In this document: one piece after another, positions 8,475 through 17,683 of the stretch
Numbering within the stretch: the stretch's first letter is position 1
Layout: every line of letters starts with the position of its first letter
Source of the DNA: an uncultured Verrucomicrobiae bacterium
GTDB taxonomy: Bacteria; Verrucomicrobiota; Verrucomicrobiia; Limisphaerales; Palsa-1400
Assembly: GCA_963707025.1 (NCBI GenBank)
Contig: CAVPOM010000018.1
Span: 544,001 to 608,000 of the forward strand
Direction of reading: 5' to 3'
DNA: 64,000 bases
The notes under the pieces: generated by a model
Seen by the model: the letters and a program-made list of their open reading frames with translations, nothing else
Told to the model about the DNA's origin: nothing
The model's database searches: none
Translations under genes and position numbers: made by a program

Positions 8475-11400
8475 TCACGGGTTTTCCAGCCAAATCGCTC
8501 CGCTCTGATTGGTGCCAAGAAAATAGCCGGCGGCGTTGGTCTGGTTTTGCAGCACCGCCCCGTGGGCGAGGGTGTTGGTTTTCACCCCCGTTGCCTGGAA
8601 GGTCACGGTCAGGAGGCCGTTGTTCGTATTGATGGCGATGACCAGGTGGTTGGTCGGTCCCAGAGCCGTTCCCGCGTCCAGGTTGGTCAGGTTGTTATGG
8701 CTGCTGCTGTTGGTGCCGATGTTGGTGAAAATCAAGCTGCCGCCGGCCAGGTTGCCGTTGCTCAGAACCAGGGTGGCGCTGGTCAGGTTCAACACCGGCA
8801 CACCCGCCCTGGCCGTGTTCGTGTAGGGCGAGCCGGCCACGCCTTGGGCGATGAGGTTGGTGAAACCCAACGGATACAACGCGCCCGCCACGGCCGGCTT
8901 GATCCAACTGAACGAACTGTTCACGGACACGTTCTGCGGCGGCCCGTTGGTGAAGTAGATCCAGCCCAGCAAACTTCCCTTGCCCGAATAAAGGGATTGA
9001 TAGAGCGGGACGCCTCCGTTCCGGGCAATCGGCGCCGACCAGAGGAAGGGCGTGCCGTCGGCCAGCGCTCCGCCCAGGGTGGAGATGCCGCCCAGGGTGT
9101 TGGTGATGGCGGCGTAACCGCAGCCGTCCGGGCTTCCCACCGGCGCATTGGCGCCCGGCGGCAACAGCAGGGTAAATTGCCCGGCGTAGTTGGTCGCCGG
9201 ATTGGCGCTCGCGCTGAAGACCGCCCGGTCGGCCAGGATCGCCGAATTCCAGCCCGCCGCAGCGTCGCTCACCGCGCCGCCCAACAAGGCGTCGGCTGGA
9301 TTGAAGTCCAGGCTTAAGGTGACGCTGAGAGGTGTCTTGCCCCTGCGGGTGAGGTTGGTTTGCGCGGTCCCCGTCAAGTCAAAGGAGCCGCTGAAGGAAT
9401 TGGAGGCGCCGTCCAGCAGCAGTTTGGCGGTGTAGGCCCCCATGCTGTTGCTCGCGATGGTGACAGAGATAAAACCCGAGCTGGCCTCCGTCACGCCGTT
9501 GCTGGGATAGAACAGTCCGTTATAGACACCGGCCACCGCCAGGAACGGGTTGGTCACAAAGTTGGCCTGCAGCACCAGATTGGATTGCATGGCGAAGGTG
9601 TAGCTGGACGAGGGCGACAGCACAGAGTAAGGGAGAGTCGTTCCGCCGACCCAGTTGGAGAAAAGCCAGTTATGGCCCGCGGCCGCGGTCAGGGTGTAGT
9701 TGGTGCCGATGGCCAGCAGTTTGCCATTGGCAACGGGGGTGATGGCGCCCAGGCCGTTGGTTTGCACGGTGAGGGCGGCGCTGGGGATGTAGAGGAACAC
9801 CACTTTGTTGGTGGGCGAACGGTTGCCACTCGTGTCCTGCGCATAGGCTGCGAACACGTTCGTGCTTGCCAGGGCCGTTAGATCAGCCGTCCAAAGGCTC
9901 CAAGCGGTGTTGCCCGGGGTGGCCACCGTCCAACTGCCGCCGTTAAGTTGATAGAGCACGTTGGACACCTGCACATTGTCGCTGGCCGTGCCGGTGACGG
10001 TGAAAGTGCTGTTGCTCCATCGCTGGCCGGCCGTGGGAGCGGTGATGGCGAGGCTGGGCGGGGTCACATCAACAAAGCTCGCGATGAGCGTCAAATTGGA
10101 CGCCATCACGAAGCTCAGCCTGGCGTTGTTGGTCAGGACGCTGAACGGCTGGTTGGTCCCTCCCGTCCAATTGGTGAATTTAAAGCCGGTGGCGGCCGTC
10201 GCCGTCATGAAGTAATTTGACCCAATCGCCAGAGAATTGCCGTTGTCATCAGGGCTGATCGTTCCGCGGCCGTTCGTCTGGACCAGCAGCGGAGCCGTCA
10301 CCACGTAGAAAAAGCTCGAGCTATTGGTGGGGGTGGAGACGTTGCCGCTGGTATCCACCGCGTAGGCGCGCACCGTGTTGGTTCCCGGTGTCAGCGTCAC
10401 ATTGGTCGTCCAATTGGTCCAGGCGTTGGTGGTGGCGGCGGGAAACCAACTGCCGCCGTTGATTTGGCAGAACACGTTGGACACCTGGACATTGTCCCTG
10501 GCCGTGCCCTTGACGGTGAACGTGCTGTTGCTCCATCGCTGATTGGGTGCCGGCGCGGTGATCGCATTGGTCGGTTTCTGCACATCCACAAAGTTGGCCG
10601 TGAAGCTCAGGTTCGTCGCCATGATAAAAGTCAGGTTGGTGCGGTTGGTCGCAATGCTCCCCGTCCAGCCGTTGAAGGCAAATCCCGCCGCCGCCTTCGC
10701 GGTGATGGTGTAGGGGAAGCCCAGATCGAGCAGTTGCCCGTTGGTTGCGCCGGCGATGGCGCCCCGGCCATTGGTGGAGAGAGCCAGGGGAGCGGGGACA
10801 TCGTAATCGAACAGATGTGAAACCAGCTTGGACATATTGCTGCTCGTGTCCCAGGCTTCCAGCGTCACCAGGTTCGTTCCGGGAATCAAATTCGTGACCG
10901 TGGCGGACCAATTGGTCCATTGGTTGGTGGTGACGGCCAACTGCCAGGCGTTGGTGCCGCCGGCGTTGGCCAAACTGAATTCGACGGCCGCCACGGCCAC
11001 ATTGTCCTTCGCCGTGCCTTTCAGCAGAACCGCCGAGCTGGTCACGGAGGTCGCGGTCGTCCCGTTGTCCGGGGAACTGAAGGCCACCGTGGGTGGGTTT
11101 GTGTCCAGGGCAAAATTAAAGTTGAAAACGGCGTTGCCGGACTGCCCGTTATAGCCGTCCAGCGCGATGTCATACTGCGCGCCGGCAGAGACGTTGAACT
11201 TCACCGAGGCGAGGCCGCTGGCGCGACTGGCGCCATTGTTGGAACTGAAACAAGTGAGGTTGCTGAAGGCGAGGTTGTTGAGCGGGGAGTTGGTATAGAC
11301 GGCCAGGAGCGTTTCAAAACTGCTGCCGGTGGTGTTGATGCTGACGATGCCGATGGCCGGCGCGACCCAGCTCCACCAGACGGAGTGGCCGCCCGCGTTG

Positions 11401-12053
11401 CCGGCGTGATTGGGTTCGCCGGGTTCCTTCGAGGCGTAAGTCGTGTTGACGTCATTGGTGATTCCGGCGGAGGGAATCGGGGCCGCCTCCGCCAGATTAT
11501 CGCTGGACGGAATATTCGCCGTCGTTCCGGCCAGCAGGCTGACATCCGTAATGTTAAAGGACGTCGCATAGCCGTAGGTGGCATCGGTCGTCACAGAAAA
11601 ATAAACATTCACCGTTTCTCCTGCGAAAGAGGAAAGCGTGTTCGATCCCGGGTAGGTGATAAAATTGGTCGTGTAGTTGACGTAACCGTAGGTTGGATAT
11701 GCGCTGTAAGTGTAAGCCAGGGAGATCAGAAGATTGTTATTGGCGTCCCTGATTTCAAACTGCAACAAATCGTCGCCGAGGGGGTTGGTGCTCACCGTGT
11801 CGTAATCCAGACTCAACGTTGCGCCGACAAGGTTGCTGGGAAAAGTGACGGTTTGATAAGCGCTTTGCGTCGCGCCACTGAGGTTTCCCATGGACAGATA
11901 GCCGCCGCCCACCGTGATGCCAGATCCCGTCAACACCCACGGGGCGTAACTTGGGGATGCAAACCCGCCATTCTGAATCAACTGGGTTTGGCCCAAAGCC
12001 GCCGGCAAAAAAGCCAGCAGCAGCACCGCCGGGATCATAATTCGACTCCTCAT
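8475..12053 (-). CDS. Large secreted surface protein with repeated Ig-like / InlB-B-repeat-like modules
   Basis: Signal peptide; EPGEPNHAGNAGGHSVWW module; three repeats of (GTA.DNV.V..V...W...A.DTS.N.S + TNG.G.I...Y..TA....F..W.G); Thr/Asn-rich. Start could be 12065. Confidence 0.8.
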   Translation of the reverse strand: MRSRIMIPAVLLLAFLPAALGQTQLIQNGGFASPSYAPWVLTGSGITVGGGYLSMGNLSGATQSAYQTVTFPSNLVGATLSLDYDTVSTNPLGDDLLQFEIRDANNNLLISLAYTYSAYPTYGYVNYTTNFITYPGSNTLSSFAGETVNVYFSVTTDATYGYATSFNITDVSLLAGTTANIPSSDNLAEAAPIPSAGITNDVNTTYASKEPGEPNHAGNAGGHSVWWSWVAPAIGIVSINTTGSSFETLLAVYTNSPLNNLAFSNLTCFSSNNGASRASGLASVKFNVSAGAQYDIALDGYNGQSGNAVFNFNFALDTNPPTVAFSSPDNGTTATSVTSSAVLLKGTAKDNVAVAAVEFSLANAGGTNAWQLAVTTNQWTNWSATVTNLIPGTNLVTLEAWDTSSNMSKLVSHLFDYDVPAPLALSTNGRGAIAGATNGQLLDLGFPYTITAKAAAGFAFNGWTGSIATNRTNLTFIMATNLSFTANFVDVQKPTNAITAPAPNQRWSNSTFTVKGTARDNVQVSNVFCQINGGSWFPAATTNAWTNWTTNVTLTPGTNTVRAYAVDTSGNVSTPTNSSSFFYVVTAPLLVQTNGRGTISPDDNGNSLAIGSNYFMTATAATGFKFTNWTGGTNQPFSVLTNNARLSFVMASNLTLIASFVDVTPPSLAITAPTAGQRWSNSTFTVTGTASDNVQVSNVLYQLNGGSWTVATPGNTAWSLWTADLTALASTNVFAAYAQDTSGNRSPTNKVVFLYIPSAALTVQTNGLGAITPVANGKLLAIGTNYTLTAAAGHNWLFSNWVGGTTLPYSVLSPSSSYTFAMQSNLVLQANFVTNPFLAVAGVYNGLFYPSNGVTEASSGFISVTIASNSMGAYTAKLLLDGASNSFSGSFDLTGTAQTNLTRRGKTPLSVTLSLDFNPADALLGGAVSDAAAGWNSAILADRAVFSASANPATNYAGQFTLLLPPGANAPVGSPDGCGYAAITNTLGGISTLGGALADGTPFLWSAPIARNGGVPLYQSLYSGKGSLLGWIYFTNGPPQNVSVNSSFSWIKPAVAGALYPLGFTNLIAQGVAGSPYTNTARAGVPVLNLTSATLVLSNGNLAGGSLIFTNIGTNSSSHNNLTNLDAGTALGPTNHLVIAINTNNGLLTVTFQATGVKTNTLAHGAVLQNQTNAAGYFLGTNQSGAIWLENP

Positions 12054-12160
12054 ATCGGGAATCATTCGCACATTCCCTCCTTTCTGGCAACCCGCAAGAC
12101 AGGGAATCGGCGGTCTCGCACCGCCGGCTGCACGAGGGCATGCCACCCAGGACGGCCCTG

Positions 12161-12655
12161 TTAGCGGGTTTTGAAAACGATTTTTGGCTTGCCGGCGGGA
12201 TGGGCCGGTTGGGCGAATTTATCCATCAAGCTGGGAGCCAGTGCGGGGGCGGGGGAAGGCTCTGCTTTGCGGGCGGAGGACGGTTGCAGGGCGGAGCGGA
12301 GGGCGCTTTCAACCAGTTGCGTGCAATGGATTCTGACCGGAGGCAAAGGCCCCAGGCCGGGCGCCAGTTGTTCGGGAGACATGGCCAGAACTTCCTCCGC
12401 CGTCTTGCCGCGAATGAGTTCGGTCGCCAGACTGGCCACGGCAATGGCGGTCTCGCAGCCAAAACTTTGAAAAGTCGCGCGGTCAATCACCTTCTTGCCG
12501 GACTGCTCCTTGAATTTAATCCACATCCGGAGCAGGTCGCCGCAGGCCGCGCTGCCGGCGGTGCCGATGGCGTCGGCGCCTTCCAGTTCGCCGAGGTTTT
12601 GCGGATCGCGCGCGGCGGCTTCGATCCGTTTTTGCAGGTCATCGGGGGTGTTCAT
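12161..12655 (-). CDS. IscU/NifU N-terminal-like Fe-S scaffold protein
   Basis: AACGDLLRM, FQSFGC, LPPVRIHC: three conserved Cys. Confidence 0.85.
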   Translation of the reverse strand: MNTPDDLQKRIEAAARDPQNLGELEGADAIGTAGSAACGDLLRMWIKFKEQSGKKVIDRATFQSFGCETAIAVASLATELIRGKTAEEVLAMSPEQLAPGLGPLPPVRIHCTQLVESALRSALQPSSARKAEPSPAPALAPSLMDKFAQPAHPAGKPKIVFKTR

Positions 12656-13197
12656 GAGGCGTACTCCAGTTCGTAACGCGGCACGGCGGGGTCGGCTTCG
12701 CTCGACCAGGCGTCAATGCCGCCGCGCAGGCAGCGCACTTGCGTAAAGCCCTGGCCCAGGAAATAAGCGGCGGCGTCCAGGCTTTGCCGTCCGCGATGAT
12801 CGTAAATGACCAAAAGTTCCGCGCGCGGCCAATGGCCCAGCATTTCCTGCAGGAGCGGTTGGGAAAACAAAACGGCCCCTGCGATGCGCGCGGCCTCAAA
12901 TTCTTCGCGGGTGCGGATGTCCAGCAAACGCACCGTCCCATTTTGCCGGAGCGCGGCCAGGTCGCGCGGGGCGATTTGCAGTTCCTGGTCCTGCTGGTGG
13001 CTGGAGGCAATGTGCTGGATGACCTCCGCCACGTTTAGATTGTTCCGGCGGCAGAGGGCCTCCAGCGTTTCCTCCGGCTGAAATCCGCAACTGGCGCAGC
13101 CGCCGATGTGAAAGCGCCGGAACAAGGCGCGCTGCGCGCCGGGAAAAATTTCCAGGACGCGCTGCATCCTGCTTTGCGGGGTGATGGAATCGTTCAT
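12652..13197 (-). CDS. N-terminal CxxC (DUF1858/redox-disulfide-like) domain fused to a rhodanese domain
   Basis: LFRRFHIGGCASCGF then LLDIRTREEF...IYDHRG...LRGGIDAWS. Confidence 0.8.
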   Translation of the reverse strand: MNDSITPQSRMQRVLEIFPGAQRALFRRFHIGGCASCGFQPEETLEALCRRNNLNVAEVIQHIASSHQQDQELQIAPRDLAALRQNGTVRLLDIRTREEFEAARIAGAVLFSQPLLQEMLGHWPRAELLVIYDHRGRQSLDAAAYFLGQGFTQVRCLRGGIDAWSSEADPAVPRYELEYAS

Positions 13198-14414
13198 GGG
13201 CCGAAGAATTCCCGGATTTTTTCCAACACTTCCACCAGCCGGTCCACTTCCTGGCGCGTGTTGTAAAAATAAAAGCTGGCGCGGGCGGTGGAATCAATGC
13301 CCAGCCTCTTCATCAGCGGCTGGTTGCAATGGTGCCCGCCGCGCAGGGCCACGCCGTACTGGTCGGCGGCGGTGACGACGTCATGGGCGTGGATTTTGTC
13401 CAGCAGAAAACTAACCACCCCGGCCCGGCCGGTTTTCGGGCCGAAAAGGCGCAGGCCTTTGAGCCGCGACAGCCCGTCCACGGAATAAGCGGCCAGTTCC
13501 TGGTCGTGCTGGAAAATGTGGCCGCGGCCGATGGCATCCAGATAGTCCATGGCGGCGTGCAGGCCGACCGCGCCGGCGAAATCCGGCGTGCCGGCCTCGA
13601 ATTTATGCGGGACGGTGTTCCAGGTGCTGTGGAAAAAATCAACGCTGGCGATCATGTCGCCGCCGCCCTGGAACGGCGGCATTTCCTCGAGCAACTCGCG
13701 CCGGCCATAGAGGACGCCAATGCCGGTGGGGCCGCAGATTTTGTGGGCGGAGAAGGCGAGAAAATCGCAGCCGATTTCCTGCACGTCCAAAGGGAGATGC
13801 CCGGCGCTTTGGGCGGCGTCCAGCAAGGTGACGCTGCCGCGCTGGCGGGCGCGGGCGCAAAGTTCGGCCGCGGGATTGATCGTGCCCAGGGTGTTGGAAA
13901 TATGGGTGAAGGCAAAAAGTTTCACGCTTTTGGCCAGCGCCGCCTCCAGCCCGCGCAAATCCAAAAGTCCGTCGTCCCCAGTGACCGGGACATAGGCCAG
14001 AGTGGCGCCGGTCCGTTCGGCCAGCAACTGCCAGGGAACGATGTTGCTGTGGTGCTCCATTTCGGTCAGGAGGATGGTGTCCCCGGCGTGAAGGTTTTTG
14101 ACGCCCCAGGTGTTGGCCACCAGGTTGATGCCTTCGGTGGTGCCGCGGGTGAAAATAATTTCGGCGGGCTGGCGGGCGTTGAGGAAGCGGGCGGTGCGGG
14201 CGCGGGCGCCTTCGTAGGCCTCGGTGGAGCGCCGGCTCAATTCATGAATGCCGCGATGCACATTGGCGTTGTCGTGCTCGTAAAAGCCGCTTAACGCCTG
14301 GATGACGGCCCGCGGCTTCTGCGCGGTGGCGGCGTTGTCAAAATAGACCAGCGGATGGCCGTGGACCATCTGGTCAAGAATAGGAAAATCCGCTCTGGCG
14401 CGTTCCACGGGCAT
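13194..14414 (-). CDS. sufS: SufS cysteine desulfurase
   Basis: YFDNAATAQKP, FSAHK (PLP Lys), RGGHHC catalytic motif. Confidence 0.96.
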   Translation of the reverse strand: MPVERARADFPILDQMVHGHPLVYFDNAATAQKPRAVIQALSGFYEHDNANVHRGIHELSRRSTEAYEGARARTARFLNARQPAEIIFTRGTTEGINLVANTWGVKNLHAGDTILLTEMEHHSNIVPWQLLAERTGATLAYVPVTGDDGLLDLRGLEAALAKSVKLFAFTHISNTLGTINPAAELCARARQRGSVTLLDAAQSAGHLPLDVQEIGCDFLAFSAHKICGPTGIGVLYGRRELLEEMPPFQGGGDMIASVDFFHSTWNTVPHKFEAGTPDFAGAVGLHAAMDYLDAIGRGHIFQHDQELAAYSVDGLSRLKGLRLFGPKTGRAGVVSFLLDKIHAHDVVTAADQYGVALRGGHHCNQPLMKRLGIDSTARASFYFYNTRQEVDRLVEVLEKIREFFGP

Positions 14415-14418
14415 GGCC

Positions 14419-14952
14419 TTACAACATGCCAAGTTGCAGCTTGGCGGCTTCGGAAAGCATCTCGCGGTTCCAGGGCGGGTCCCACACCAGAAAGACCCCG
14501 GCCTCCTTCACGCCGGGCAGGGCCAAAACCTTGCTTTCCACGTCCTGTTGCAAAACAGGGCCCATGCCGCAGCCCGGCGCGGTCAAGGTCATTTTGATCT
14601 CCACCCGGTGGCCGCCTGCCGGCAGCGGGAGAATTTGCAAATCATAGACCAGGCCCAGCTCGACGATATTGACCGGAATCTCCGGATCATAACAGGTGCG
14701 CAAGACCTCATAAACCTGTTCTTCGCTCAATTGGCCCGGCTCGGTGGCGGCGGTGGCAGCCGGCGGCTGCCTGCCCAGGGCGTCGGCGTCGGCCCCGGCG
14801 ATGCGCGCCATGTTGCCATGCACGATGACCGTATAACTGCCGCCCAGGGCCTGCGTGATGACGACGGGCACGCCGGCTTGCAGAGTGATGGCCGTGCCGC
14901 CAGGAATCAGCACCGCCGGACAATCCCGCTTCATGGTGACTTCTTCGTTCAC
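14419..14952 (-). CDS. sufT: Fe-S cluster assembly protein SufT (DUF59)
   Basis: ITQALGGSYTV, CYDPEIPVNIVELGLVY, MTLTAPGCGMG. Confidence 0.93.
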   Translation of the reverse strand: MNEEVTMKRDCPAVLIPGGTAITLQAGVPVVITQALGGSYTVIVHGNMARIAGADADALGRQPPAATAATEPGQLSEEQVYEVLRTCYDPEIPVNIVELGLVYDLQILPLPAGGHRVEIKMTLTAPGCGMGPVLQQDVESKVLALPGVKEAGVFLVWDPPWNREMLSEAAKLQLGML

Positions 14953-14955
14953 GGT

Positions 14956-15405
14956 TTACTCATTTTCTGTGGACACGATGGGCAGGCCGTTCAGCGCGGC
15001 CAGCATGGCGTGCCAGGACAATATAGCGCATTTGACCCGCATGGGAAATTGATGCACCCCTTTCAGGGCGTAGAGGCTTCCCATCGCCTCCTCGTCACCC
15101 TGGCCCGTGACCAGCATCTTCTGGAATTCTGTAAAAAGACTCCGCGCCTCCGCCGCCGTTTTGCCTTTGAGCCGCTCGGTCATCATCGAGGCCGAGGCCT
15201 TGGAAATGGCGCAACCCGCGCCCTGAAAGCTCACGTCGCGGATGACGTCGTTGTCCAGCTTGAGAAAGACGGTGAACCGATCACCGCAGAGGGGATTATC
15301 GCCTTCGGCGCGACGGTTGGCGTCCGGCAGCGCGCGGAAATTGCGCGGGTTCTTGTCGTGATAGCGAACCTCCTCCTGGTAAAGATCGTTCAAGTCGTCG
15401 CTCAT
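14956..15405 (-). CDS. sufU: SUF-system NifU-like protein SufU
   Basis: LYQE...H.KNPRN, NPLCGD, GCAISKASAS, PMRVKCA. Confidence 0.93.
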   Translation of the reverse strand: MSDDLNDLYQEEVRYHDKNPRNFRALPDANRRAEGDNPLCGDRFTVFLKLDNDVIRDVSFQGAGCAISKASASMMTERLKGKTAAEARSLFTEFQKMLVTGQGDEEAMGSLYALKGVHQFPMRVKCAILSWHAMLAALNGLPIVSTENE

Positions 15406-15432
15406 GGCGAAAGGGAGCGCGGCGGGCGGGCG

Positions 15433-16833
15433 CTACGGTTTGTCTTTGAAGCGTTCCGTCAACATGAGGTTGAGGTGGGCCCGCACCGCTTCCAGCGGGA
15501 TGCGCTCCACCACGTCGCTGGCGAAGGCCCGCACCATGATTTGCCGGGCCTGCTCCAGTCCGAGCCCGCGCGAACGCAGATAAAAAATCGCCTCCTCGTC
15601 CATTTGGCCGACGGTGGCGCCGTGGGTGCATTTGACATCGTCGGCAAAGATCTCCAGTTGCGGTTTGGTGTCAATGACGGCGTCGTCGGAAAGGAGCAGG
15701 TTGCGGTTGTTTTGTTTGGCGTCGGTTTTTTGCGCGTCCTGGCGGACAAAAATCTTGCCGTTGAACACGCCGTGGGCGCGCCCGGACAAAATGCCGTAGT
15801 AGAACTCATGGCTTTCGCAATGCGGGCGGGCGTGATCCACCACGGTGTGGTGATCGGCCAGTTGCTCGCCGCGGATCAAATAGAGGCCGTTGAGAATGCA
15901 GCGTGCATTTTCGCCCTGGAAAACCGTGGCAATCTGATGGCGGGCCAGGTGCCCGCCGGTGGAGACGGAGTGCGAGGTCCAATGGCTGCCCCGGCCCTGT
16001 TGCGCCTGCACGGCGGCGATGTGAAAGGCGCGCTTGTTCTCCTCCTGAATCTTGCAGTGGTCCAGCCGGGCCTCCGCGCCCACGACCAACTCGGTCACCG
16101 TGTTGGTGAAATGGGGGGCGTCGGCAAGGCTGACGTACGTCTCCAGAATCTTCATCTCGCTGCGCGGACCGGCCACCATCAGGTTGCGGACATGCGCGGT
16201 GGCGCCCGGCTCGGCGGCGGTGGCGATGCAGAGCAAATGCACCGGCTGGGCAATGACTTTTCCGGGGGCGGCGCAGATCAGGGCGCCGTCCTGAAAAAAC
16301 GCCGTGTTCAAGGCGGTGAAGACCATCGCGTCCTCGCCGGCCACGCGCGTGAGATGCGCCTCCAACTCCGGGGCGCCGCCGGCCAGCGCGGCCCGCAGGC
16401 TGCCGGCCTGGAGGCCGCCGCCCGGGGCGGGCAGGCAGGAAAGTTCCGCGCAAAAATGGCCGTCCACAAAAACCAGCCGGCAAGCCTCCAGGCCGAAAGT
16501 AAAAGGGGCGATCTCCCCGGCGGTCAACCGGCGCGCCGGCGGCCGGGCCGGGTGCAGCGGCAGATGCAAAAGCGGAGCGATGCGGGTGAAGCGCCATTCC
16601 TCGTGCTTGGCCGTGGGAAAGCCAAGTTTTACGGCTTGCGCCAGCGCGGCCTGGCGCCGTGATTTGAGCCAGGCGGGAGCCGGGTCCGCATCACTCCGGG
16701 CGAAAGCCGTCAGCACATCGGCCAGGCTCAGACCGGGATGGGGCGGATGGGCCTCCAAAGGCGCGCTGGCGGCGGCGGGCCGCGTCGTCCGGCTCGGGGC
16801 CTGGTCTTTGGCTGGGTCTAAAGTCGTGGTCAT
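15433..16833 (-). CDS. sufD: Fe-S cluster assembly protein SufD
   Basis: EEWRFT, VFNGKIFV, KPQLEIFADDVKCTHGATVG. Confidence 0.95.
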   Translation of the reverse strand: MTTTLDPAKDQAPSRTTRPAAASAPLEAHPPHPGLSLADVLTAFARSDADPAPAWLKSRRQAALAQAVKLGFPTAKHEEWRFTRIAPLLHLPLHPARPPARRLTAGEIAPFTFGLEACRLVFVDGHFCAELSCLPAPGGGLQAGSLRAALAGGAPELEAHLTRVAGEDAMVFTALNTAFFQDGALICAAPGKVIAQPVHLLCIATAAEPGATAHVRNLMVAGPRSEMKILETYVSLADAPHFTNTVTELVVGAEARLDHCKIQEENKRAFHIAAVQAQQGRGSHWTSHSVSTGGHLARHQIATVFQGENARCILNGLYLIRGEQLADHHTVVDHARPHCESHEFYYGILSGRAHGVFNGKIFVRQDAQKTDAKQNNRNLLLSDDAVIDTKPQLEIFADDVKCTHGATVGQMDEEAIFYLRSRGLGLEQARQIMVRAFASDVVERIPLEAVRAHLNLMLTERFKDKP

Positions 16834-17606
16834 AATTGGGCGCTGGCCAGGGAAGCGGTTTCCTCCAAAAGCCAGTCGTAGCCGCGGTCTTCCAGGGTGA
16901 GGGCGAGTTCCTTGCCGCCAGACCGGACGATGCGCCCGTCCACCAGCACATGGACGAAGTCGGGCACGATGTAATTGAGCAGCCGCTGGTAGTGGGTGAT
17001 GACCAGGCTGGCGTTGTCCGGGCGGCGCAATTTGTTGACACCGGCGGCGACTGCTTTCAAGGCGTCAATGTCCAGGCCGGAATCGGTTTCATCGAGGATG
17101 GCGAGCCTGGGTTCCAGGACGGCCATTTGGAAGATTTCGTTGCGCTTTTTTTCGCCGCCGGAAAAGCCCTCGTTGACGGAGCGGTTGAGCAGGGCGGGGT
17201 CCAGTTCGAGGATTTTGCTTTTCTCCTTGACCAGCTTGAGAAACTCGATGGGGGCCAGCTCGCTTTGGCCGCGGGCCTTGCGGCCTTCGTTGAGCGCGGC
17301 GCGGAGGAAGTAAGTGCTGTTGACCCCGGGAATTTCCACCGGATATTGGAAGGCCAGGAAAACGCCGGCGCGGGCGCGGTCTTCCGGCTTCATCTCCAGC
17401 AGGTTGGCGCCTTGGAAAAGAACGGAGCCGCCGGTGACCTCGTATTCGGCGCGTCCGGCCAGGATTTGCGCCAGGGTGCTTTTGCCGCTGCCGTTGGGGC
17501 CCATGATGGCGTGGACCTCCCCCGCCTTGAGCGACAAACTCAGGTTCCTGAGAATCGGCCTGCCCTCCACCCCCGCCGACAAATTGCGAATCTCCAATAG
17601 TTCCAT
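16830..17606 (-). CDS. sufC: Fe-S cluster assembly ATPase SufC
   Basis: GPNGSGKST, FQYPVEIPGV, FSGGEKKRNE, LDETDSGLD. Confidence 0.97.
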   Translation of the reverse strand: MELLEIRNLSAGVEGRPILRNLSLSLKAGEVHAIMGPNGSGKSTLAQILAGRAEYEVTGGSVLFQGANLLEMKPEDRARAGVFLAFQYPVEIPGVNSTYFLRAALNEGRKARGQSELAPIEFLKLVKEKSKILELDPALLNRSVNEGFSGGEKKRNEIFQMAVLEPRLAILDETDSGLDIDALKAVAAGVNKLRRPDNASLVITHYQRLLNYIVPDFVHVLVDGRIVRSGGKELALTLEDRGYDWLLEETASLASAQL

Positions 17607-17683
17607 GCTGTGCTATGATTTACGTTTTAAAGCTGAAAATCAACGGCGCGGACGCCCGCCAGACGGCCGCCTTCCGCCGCGGC

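Noticed and set aside
9780..10600. Near-duplicate nucleotide blocks as DGR template/variable repeats
   Set aside because: They are in-frame domain repeats of the surface protein; there is no reverse transcriptase and no evident adenine-specific pattern.
14413..16662. 749-aa plus-strand ORF, and similar long ORFs at 21464-23548, 54891-57335 and 57953-59722
   Set aside because: Antisense shadows of well-supported genes in high-GC DNA; no recognisable motifs.
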